From: a virus
Taxonomy: Duplodnaviria > Caudoviricetes
Strand: one strand, 5' to 3'
IMG/VR virus record: IMGVR_UViG_3300047562_002142
Span: 1-54,225 of that record
Length of the DNA: 54,225 nucleotides
The stretch's first letter is position 1. Every line of letters starts with the position of its first letter. Positions 20,036 to 27,300 of the stretch are shown piece after piece. A program made the translations under genes and the position numbers. Under the pieces are notes generated by a model. It saw nothing but the letters and a program-made list of their open reading frames with translations, ran no database searches and had not been told where the DNA came from.

Positions 20036-20236
20036 ATGTCTTTTTATTACGCACAAATTAACGAAGAAAATATTTGTATGGCTGTGTCGGAACTTTCTGG
20101 AGATATGAGTGAATATCCAAATCTCATAAGAATTGAAAGTTATGATACATCACTACTTGGTAAAAAATGGAATGGTTTTGATTGGGAAGAAATTGAGAAA
20201 AAACAATTTCCACTAGAAATTCCAATCAACTCTTGA
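20036..20236 (+). CDS. Small fibre-assembly-like protein
   Basis: YAQI.E.NIC..V...LLGKKW.G..W; GAGG ribosome-binding site. Confidence 0.55.
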   Translation: MSFYYAQINEENICMAVSELSGDMSEYPNLIRIESYDTSLLGKKWNGFDWEEIEKKQFPLEIPINS

Positions 20237-20305
20237 TTCCATCAAAACAAAAAAAAACAATACTCAGATAAATCCTTGAACATAAATAACTAAAAAGCAC
20301 TTAAG

Positions 20306-20722
20306 ATGGCGTATCAAGGTATATCAACTGGAACTGGCCCAAATCAAGGTGATGGAGATACTTTAGTTGATGGTGCAGTAAAAATCAATAGTAATTTCCA
20401 GGAAATTTATACTTCTCTTGGTGATGGAAATAATTTGAATTTTAAAGATTATACCATCACAACAACATCAGTAGATAAGATCCTATCAAACTTTGAATAT
20501 TGTACTGTTACATCAGGTGGAGTAACTTTGACTCTACCATCTTCTCCTTCTATTGGAGATAGAGTTGTGATCGGTATTGGTGGTAATTATGAAGATACAG
20601 TTGTTAAAAGATATGGTAGTAATAATATTATGGGACTTTCTGAAGATATTACTATCAATGCCGGATATGTTACTTTAACATTCATATATATTAATAATAC
20701 CTTAGGTTGGAGAATAAGTTAA
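20306..20722 (+). CDS. gp9/gp10-like connector, copy 2
   Basis: Close paralogue of 19111..19665 lacking an internal ~46-aa module. Confidence 0.65.
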   Translation: MAYQGISTGTGPNQGDGDTLVDGAVKINSNFQEIYTSLGDGNNLNFKDYTITTTSVDKILSNFEYCTVTSGGVTLTLPSSPSIGDRVVIGIGGNYEDTVVKRYGSNNIMGLSEDITINAGYVTLTFIYINNTLGWRIS

Positions 20723-21562
20723 ATGAGTAATTTGGGTCAGTTTTTTGGTGGCGATAGTAATATTAGAAACATATATCCACTTGATGGGCCATTTGGTACT
20801 GGAAAACTAAAATTCTTCTATAGAAGTGGAACTTTTAGAGTTCCTAATGGAATCTCAACAGTTAGAGTAAGAATGTGGGGTGCTGGTGGTTATGTTAATG
20901 ATTATTCTATTGATGGAATTTATACTGCAGGAGAATCATCTTGTTCTATTGACGGACAAAAAGTTTTTAGAGCCACTGGTTCAACTAGACCACTGCAATC
21001 GAGTTCTTTTATTCCAGGAGAAGGGGATGGTGGAGATGTTAATACTACTGGGGGTTCTCAGATTTATGGTGGTGGAGGAGGCGCTGCTAATTTATTTGGT
21101 AATGGTGGCGTTACTAGTGGAAATGGTGGGCACCTTATTAATGTTGTAGAAAGTGGAGGAAATGGAATAGCAGGAAATGGTGGACTTATTGTATACAGTA
21201 ATACGACTCTGTATGAGATTATTCCGGCTACTGGACATGTACTTGGTATTAATTCTATTGATTTGATTGGTTGTGGTGGTGGTGGGTACTATTCTGCGAA
21301 TTTTGTTTCCGGTGGAGATGGTGTAAATGGTGGCGGTGGAGGTTGTGGATCCGTTTCGTCGGTTGGTATTCAACAATTTAGACCTGGGCGCGGTGGATTT
21401 CCTGGAGGAGGGGATGGTGGTTTCAGCAATACCCGAGGTACGGCTGGCGGTGGATTTTCGATGAAAACCATTACTGGACTAACATCTGGTGCTGAAATCG
21501 CTGTTACTGTCGGAACCTCTAGTGCGGGTCATAATAATGGTCTCGTCATCATTGAATACTAA
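20723..21562 (+). CDS. Glycine-rich fibre-tip/receptor-binding protein
   Basis: F..SGTF.VP.G...V.V..WGAGG, GGGG runs, I.VTVG and G.VIIEY end. Confidence 0.65.
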   Translation: MSNLGQFFGGDSNIRNIYPLDGPFGTGKLKFFYRSGTFRVPNGISTVRVRMWGAGGYVNDYSIDGIYTAGESSCSIDGQKVFRATGSTRPLQSSSFIPGEGDGGDVNTTGGSQIYGGGGGAANLFGNGGVTSGNGGHLINVVESGGNGIAGNGGLIVYSNTTLYEIIPATGHVLGINSIDLIGCGGGGYYSANFVSGGDGVNGGGGGCGSVSSVGIQQFRPGRGGFPGGGDGGFSNTRGTAGGGFSMKTITGLTSGAEIAVTVGTSSAGHNNGLVIIEY

Positions 21563-21580
21563 AGACCACAATTCAATCAC

Positions 21581-21609
21581 TTGACTTTTCTCCAGACTTG
21601 TGCTATGAT
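21581..21609 (+). promoter_or_regulatory. Sigma70-type promoter with extended -10
   Basis: TTGACT, 17 nt, TATGAT, with TG at 21601-21602. Confidence 0.8.
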
Positions 21610-21634
21610 ACTTGGGTAATAAAGTACTGATTGA

Positions 21635-21817
21635 ATGCAAGAAGAATATCTATCAAAATGTGTAGTGGATCCAATCAAAAGAACTGTATATCTTTATTCC
21701 AATGAGGGGACAGAAAAACAAGTGACTTGCGATACGGTGGAAGAGTTTATGAATGTGTTAGAATTTGTCCGTGCTACAGTGGATGAAGAGACACTTTCTT
21801 ACGCTAATCCACTCTAA
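21635..21817 (+). CDS. Small hypothetical protein of a type seen in cyanomyoviruses
   Basis: Clean ORF just after the promoter; CVVDP...YLYS.EG....V.C..V.EFMNVL. Confidence 0.7.
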   Translation: MQEEYLSKCVVDPIKRTVYLYSNEGTEKQVTCDTVEEFMNVLEFVRATVDEETLSYANPL

Positions 21818-21894
21818 AACCAAAATTGACTTTTAATTCCATTTAGGTCTCAAAAATTTTCCCAGAAAAATTCTCACACGATACTTTTTTCATT

Positions 21895-22101
21895 ATGAAT
21901 CCCTATCGCATTAACTATAAAGCACTGAAAGAAGAACCAGTGAAAACAACTCCAGAGAATGTAAAGGAAGCAAATGAGAACTTGTTTCGTGCAAAATGGA
22001 ATCTTCCCAAAGCAGCAAAACATTGTGGGATGAGTGAAAAAGAAATGCGCTTGACATTCTTTGAGTTTCTGAAGTATAATCCAATTACTTACCAAGTGTA
22101 A
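21895..22101 (+). CDS. Small hypothetical protein, possibly helix-turn-helix-like
   Basis: KTTPENV.EAN..LF..KWNLP.AA.HCGM...EM.LTF. Confidence 0.7.
   Translation: MNPYRINYKALKEEPVKTTPENVKEANENLFRAKWNLPKAAKHCGMSEKEMRLTFFEFLKYNPITYQV
22051..22080 (+). promoter_or_regulatory. Consensus sigma70 promoter inside the ORF 3' end, upstream of the tRNA-like gene
   Basis: TTGACA, 18 nt, TATAAT. Confidence 0.7.
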
Positions 22102-22118
22102 GTTTTTGGTTTTTTTCT

Positions 22119-22198
22119 CCTCGTTTGGCGTAATCGGTATCCGCGGCGGTCTCAAACCGCTTCCGAAAGGAGTTCCAGTTCAAGTCTGGAAACGAGGA
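22119..22198 (+). tRNA. Class II (Leu-type) tRNA-like gene with a 5-nt anticodon loop CTCAA (degenerate Leu-CAA, or centred UCA)
   Basis: Acceptor CCTCGTT/AACGAGG plus A73; D arm GCG..GG..CGC; stem GCGGT/ACCGC; variable arm TTCC-GAAA-GGAG; T arm TCCAG-TTCAAGT-CTGGA; no encoded CCA. Confidence 0.8.
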
Positions 22199-22199
22199 C

Positions 22200-22233
22200 T
22201 TGACAATCATAAGGTTTATGTCTTATGATTGTC
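22200..22233 (+). promoter_or_regulatory. Sigma70 promoter overlapped by a 12-bp inverted repeat, upstream of tRNA-Leu(UAA)
   Basis: TTGACA (22200), 18 nt, TATGAT (22224); GACAATCATAAG / CTTATGATTGTC. Confidence 0.7.
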
Positions 22234-22238
22234 TTATT

Positions 22239-22529
22239 GCTCGCATAGCCCAGCGGAAGAGGCAAACGACTTTAACAATTTGAGCACCATAGTAGGAAAC
22301 TCTATGTGTGAATCCACTTAAATTCGGGGAAACCTAAGTTCTTATGAATAAGGCAATCCCGAGCGAAGCAAGAGAAATCTTGAACGTGTAGAGGCTTAAC
22401 AGGTGGTTCCTAAGTCCTAATGGATATGGAAAAGAGAAAGTCCAGACCACAAACAATCTTATGATTGGTAGGGAAATCTATAGTGGTAAGAAAATCGTTC
22501 AAGGGTCGGTTCGAATCCGACTGCGAGTA
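22239..22529 (+). tRNA. trnL: tRNA-Leu(UAA), intron-split: exon 1 22239-22272, exon 2 22491-22529
   Basis: Spliced 73-nt cloverleaf: GCTCGCA/TGCGAGT, stem AACGA/TCGTT, loop CTT^AAAA, T arm GTCGG-TTCGAAT-CCGAC, A73. Confidence 0.9.
22273..22490 (+). mobile_element. Self-splicing group I intron, 218 nt, ORF-less, IC3-like
   Basis: Exon ends in U and intron in G; P1 CTT/GAG with U-G wobble; P3 CCACTT/AGGTGG; P4 TTCGGG/CCCGAG; P7 GAGGCTT/AAGTCC; P/Q/R/S-like AAATTCGGGGAAAC, AATCCCGAGC, GTAGAGGCTT, AAGAGAAAGTCC. Confidence 0.92.
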
Positions 22530-22624
22530 TAATTTAGCAAACTTATTGTATGATTAGATGTTCTTAGTCACACAAGTCAAAAGTATATCCTCTAAATAAA
22601 CAAAAGTACTGGGGAACCAATCCT

Positions 22625-22894
22625 ATGAAGTACAGAATTGATGCCCGATATGTATGGTACAATAAAGGAACAATGATTGTTCTGATGTACTTTTTGAATC
22701 AGGTTCCATTCACTTTTGATGATTTACCAGACGAATCTTTATTTGATTTGGAACTAATTGAATTGGCAGATAAAGAAAGACGCTTTGAGCCTGAGGATTT
22801 ATACCAATCCTCTTATTATTTAATTTTAGAAGAATGCCACCCACTTTTATATGAAGTTGAGTTGGAAAACCCAGAAATGTTGCCTGTAGATTAA
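22625..22894 (+). CDS. Hypothetical protein
   Basis: Clean ORF downstream of CTAAATA; IVLMYF...PFTFD.L...S.YL..EECHPL. Confidence 0.7.
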   Translation: MKYRIDARYVWYNKGTMIVLMYFLNQVPFTFDDLPDESLFDLELIELADKERRFEPEDLYQSSYYLILEECHPLLYEVELENPEMLPVD

Positions 22895-22899
22895 ATCTT

Positions 22900-23070
22900 A
22901 TGTCACTAATTTCACAAAAAGACCGTAAAAACGCAATTGAAGCGATTGACCACTACTTGTCCAATAAAGGTTGTGATTTTACAGAAGAAAAGCGTTCAGA
23001 ATTTAATGCACTTCTGAATTGGATTAAATTGGAACATACAAAGAATGAAACTAACAATCTGGTTCTGTGA
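22900..23070 (+). CDS. Small hypothetical protein, 56 aa, not in the ORF track
   Basis: MSLISQKDRKNAIEAIDHY...FNALLNWIKLE; 5 nt after the upstream stop. Confidence 0.6.
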   Translation: MSLISQKDRKNAIEAIDHYLSNKGCDFTEEKRSEFNALLNWIKLEHTKNETNNLVL

Positions 23071-23215
23071 GTCCATGGGACAATGGCGTTGGACTGTTTG
23101 TGATTCATCTAGACCTATTATTAGGCAAGAATCGGGACAGAATCTAACTATGGATGATGCTATTATTGCTGCAAAGAACACTGTGGAATATATAAAAAGT
23201 AGAGACAAATTATAA
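23045..23215 (+). CDS. Small hypothetical protein, 56 aa, not in the ORF track
   Basis: MKLTIWFCESMGQWRWTVCD...QESG...A..TVEY. Confidence 0.6.
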   Translation: MKLTIWFCESMGQWRWTVCDSSRPIIRQESGQNLTMDDAIIAAKNTVEYIKSRDKL

Positions 23216-23287
23216 GTTCTTATGGATAATTTAGAACTTTCTGGGATTTTATTTTTGCTTTTTGTTCTTTTTTCTTGTTTTAGGTCT

Positions 23288-23392
23288 TATAAATAATAGT
23301 GCCTTAGTTGACCGCAATCTGTAAGGTGGAGGGGAGCAGCAATGCTCCCTTTCTTGTATAAATATTAGTGCGGTTAACTAAAGGATAGTTTT
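23288..23392 (+). promoter_or_regulatory. Two late promoters plus an RBS-sequestering stem upstream of the HNH gene
   Basis: TATAAATA at 23288 and 23357; CCTTAGTTGACCGCA (23302-23316) pairs with TGCGGTTAACTAAAGG (23369-23384); inner GGGAGCA-GCAA-TGCTCCC hairpin. Confidence 0.75.
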
Positions 23393-24370
23393 ATGAATCA
23401 TTTAAAAATTTATTGTAACCTTATAAGAAAAGCAGAAAAAAGAGGTTATACTAAAAAGAAAGCAAAAGAATTAAATTTATATGTGGAAGCGCATCATGTG
23501 TTTCCTGTTAGCATCTTTGGGAAAAATAAAAGAATAGTACATCTAACAGCAAGAGAACATTACATTGCCCATGTTTTATTAGAAAGAATTTGCATTAATA
23601 GGTATGGAAGAAATCATAGAAATACCAAAAAGATGACAAATGCTCATGTCATAATGGGAGGAAGGGGAAAGTATCGAAATTCTCATCTATACGAAAATAC
23701 TAAAAAACGATATAGCGAAGATAGAACTGGAGTTCCGATGAAAGAATGTTCAAAGCAAAAATTAAGAGAAAAGAATTTAGGGAGAAAACATCCCCCAGAG
23801 TTGGTAGAACAAATAGCACAAAAAATTAGAGGACAAAAAAGAACACCAGAACAAAGATCTAGAATGTCAAGGGCACAAAAAGGCATATCTAAAAGCACAT
23901 TAAAAGTAAAAAATGAAGATTTTAGAAATAAATTTATAGAAATAGTGAATAGTTCATTAACAAAAACAGAAATTATTAAAAAATTAGGGATGAAACCAAC
24001 AAGTAAGAGTAGTTTTGTTCTAATAGACAAGTGGGCAAAATATTTAAATCTTGATATGAGTCATCTAATAGGGAACGCAGTAAATATAGGAAGAAAGCGC
24101 AGTGAAGAATCAAAACGAAAACAGGGGATGAAAATACGAGGAAGAAAACATACACAAGAACATAACAAAAAAATAAAATTATCCAATTGCAAATATGTAT
24201 ATACTTTTATTTCTCCAGAAGGAATTGTCACAGAAACTGTGTTTTGTGAAGATTTTTGTGCTAGAAATAATTTAAATTCCTGCAAAATTAGAGAGGTCTC
24301 TAGGGGAGTTAGATTACACCATAAAGGATGGAAAGTGACTAGAAGACCAAGAATAGATGAAGATAAATAA
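23393..24370 (+). CDS. Free-standing HNH homing endonuclease with NUMOD3-like repeats
   Basis: Y..LI..A...Y.E.HH.FP....N...V.LTAREH.IAH.LL nuclease motif; K(H/R)(S/T).E...K basic repeats; HKGW end; strongly A-rich coding. Confidence 0.9.
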   Translation: MNHLKIYCNLIRKAEKRGYTKKKAKELNLYVEAHHVFPVSIFGKNKRIVHLTAREHYIAHVLLERICINRYGRNHRNTKKMTNAHVIMGGRGKYRNSHLYENTKKRYSEDRTGVPMKECSKQKLREKNLGRKHPPELVEQIAQKIRGQKRTPEQRSRMSRAQKGISKSTLKVKNEDFRNKFIEIVNSSLTKTEIIKKLGMKPTSKSSFVLIDKWAKYLNLDMSHLIGNAVNIGRKRSEESKRKQGMKIRGRKHTQEHNKKIKLSNCKYVYTFISPEGIVTETVFCEDFCARNNLNSCKIREVSRGVRLHHKGWKVTRRPRIDEDK

Positions 24371-24398
24371 GTAATAAAGAACTTATTGCGATAATAAG

Positions 24399-27300
24399 AT
24401 GGGTTTGTCACGATTAGAAAATTTTCTTCGTTCAATCAGAGGAAATGTAATTCATGTTGACGGAAATGCATTAGATGCTACTGATTCCATTGAGAATGAC
24501 GGCACTAGTCCGGCACGTCCATTCAAAACAATCCAGCGTGCTTTGGTAGAGGCTTCCAGATTTTCCTATAGAACTGGATTCAATAACGACACATTCGCAA
24601 ACACCACAATTCTCTTGTATCCAGGAGAACATATAGTCGATAATCGTCCTGGATGGATTCCTCTGTCCGGGTCATCATTCCTCAAAAGAGATGGGGAAAC
24701 CTCAAATGACTTTTATCAGTTTGATTTACAGACGAACTTTGATATTACATCGGACAATAATGCTCTTTATAAATTCAACTCAGTTCACGGTGGAGTTTTT
24801 CTCCCAAGGGGAGTTTCTCTGGTTGGACAAGATTTGCGTAAAGTCAAAATAAGACCCAAATATGTTCCAGACCCAAAAAACGATAATATAGAAAGGTCTG
24901 CTATTTTCAGAGTTACTGGTGCATGTTACTTGTGGCAAATGTCTATCTTTGATGCAAACCCAAATGGAGTTTGCTATAAAGACTACAACAATAACACATT
25001 TGTTCCTAATTTCTCACATAATAAACTAACAGCATTTGAATATGCTGATGGTGTTAATCCAGTAGTAATCAATGATATATACAATAATTATTCTACTGAT
25101 AGAACCGACCTAGAGATCTACTACCAGAAGATTGGTCTTGCTTATGGGCCTTCGGCAGGAGAAAAAGAAATACCAAATGACTATCCAAATGTCGTAGACA
25201 TAGAACCAAAAATTGACGAATACCGAATTGTTGGTTCTCGGGGACAAGAAGTAGGAATTACAAGTATTCGTGCTGGCGATGGTCTTGGTGGTGGTGATAG
25301 AACAGAGATTACAGTAACATTAGCAGAAAGTGTTACTGGATTGGATGTAGATACTCCAATTCGCATCAATGGAGTTGGAATCAGTACTTTCGCAGGACAA
25401 TATGTAGTCAAAGAAGTTGTTAGTGATACAGAAATTAAATATGCAACTTCTTTTGCCCCTCCAGTTGGTAATGATTCTATCGTCGGACAAGGAACTCTTA
25501 ACATTGTTGTAGATACTGTTACATCAGCATCTCCTTATATTTTCAACTGTTCTCTAAGATCTGTTTATGGTCTTTGTGGTCTTCATGCAGATGGAAGTGT
25601 TGTAAATGGATTTAAGAGCATGGTAGTTGCTCAATTTACCGGCATTTCTCTACAGAAAGATAATAATGCATTTGTGAAATATGATCCAACTTCTAATAGT
25701 TATATTGATACTAATGATGTAATAAACATTTATTCTGATTCTCTTGCGAGATATAGACCTTCTTATGAGTCTTACCATATTAAGGCAAGTAATAATGCAT
25801 TTATTCAATGTGTATCAATTTTTGCAATTGGATATGCACAGCACTTTGAGGCAGTCAGTGGTGGCGATATGTCCATCACCAACTCCAACTCAAACTTTGG
25901 CGCAAAGTCATTGGTTTCTAGAGGATTCAGAGACGAAAAGTTTATCAGAGACGACCTGGGATATATCAGTCATATTATACCACCAAAAGAAATAACAGCA
26001 CCAGAAATCACAATTGAATTTGATGCTATTGATGTCTCAAAAACATTTAATGTTGGAGTTGATACAAAACTTTATCTTTATAATCAAACTAATGAAAATT
26101 CAAAACCATTCAATGTTATTGATGGTTATAGAATCGGTGCAAAGCGGAACGATCAACTGAATGTTGTTTTGTCCAATTCTGGTATTTCAACAACATATTC
26201 CGCAACTATTGTAATGGATGGTTCTGATGGAACCACATACCAAAAAGAATATAATGTTGCAAAAAGTGATGGGAGCAATGCTATCGCATCAAATACAATT
26301 ACTTTAACAGAAGACCACGAATTTATCAATGGAGAAACTGTAAGAATCATCAGTGAAACAGGAGAACTACCTGATGGACTAGATCACAATACAGTTTATT
26401 ATGTGATTACTAATTCAACAGCAACTACTATTGGTGATAATCAAATACGCCTTGCTAGTTCATTGAATGATGCACGAAATGGAATTTCTGCTTCTTCTGC
26501 TGTAGATATATTTACTCAAAAAACAGCAAATTTAAAAGTAGTCAGTAGAGTTTCTGATAAATCATCTGGCGATATTGGACATCCTATTCAATATGATTCT
26601 AGTAATAGTCAGTGGTATTTGACTGTTAATTCTGGTAATGCAATATATAATGCAATTTCTTCTTCTGGTATTTCAGTAAGTCCAAGAACTTATTTTACAA
26701 GAGTCCCAGATACAAGAAATCTAGAAGATACGCTCTATAAGTTTAGATATGTTATTCCAAGTGATTCTCCAATAAAAGCAAGACCTCCACTTGATGGATA
26801 TATTATTCAAGATTCCACCTCCTTGATTTCCAGTACTGATGAGATAGAACTTCAGTATAGTCCAGATAATACAACCAAATTATTATCCAATTCATCTCAA
26901 CTCAGAAGCACCAGGTTTATTTCTAATGCTTCTTGGGTTGGTTCAGTTGCAACTATTGAAACTGAACTTCCTCATAATCTTTCTGTAGGATCTCAGGTAG
27001 AAGTATTAAATGTATTAAGTTCAAATAATACCAGTGGACTATCTACTTCTGGTTATAATGGAACTTATACTATAACTTCAATTCCAAGTAGAAGGAAATT
27101 TTCTTATGCTTTGATTGGTGATCCTGGAACTTTCTTGGATAATAATTCAATAAGAAATACTTCACTTCCATATTATAATCGCAAAAAACTTCCTGGAACT
27201 TATATTGTTTATAGAACAGAACAAGTCCAAGAATATATTCAAAATCAACAAGATGGAATTTATCATCTATCCGTTATTAATTCTTCAAATAAACCCAATG

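Noticed and set aside
17424-20725. In-frame TAA-ATG junctions as programmed readthrough
   Set aside because: The same junction occurs between clearly separate genes (g33/g59); tight packing explains it
22119-22198. tRNA-Sec, or evidence of genome-wide UGA recoding
   Set aside because: 7-bp acceptor stem and A73 do not fit tRNA-Sec; conserved Trp positions use TGG, TGA ends recognisable genes such as g32, and no core gene is broken by TGA
22270-22494. Alternative splice giving a TTA (ochre suppressor) or TTT (Lys) anticodon
   Set aside because: It would need an intron not ending in G and would lose the P1 U-G pair; only CTT^AAAA gives a 7-nt loop with canonical splice sites
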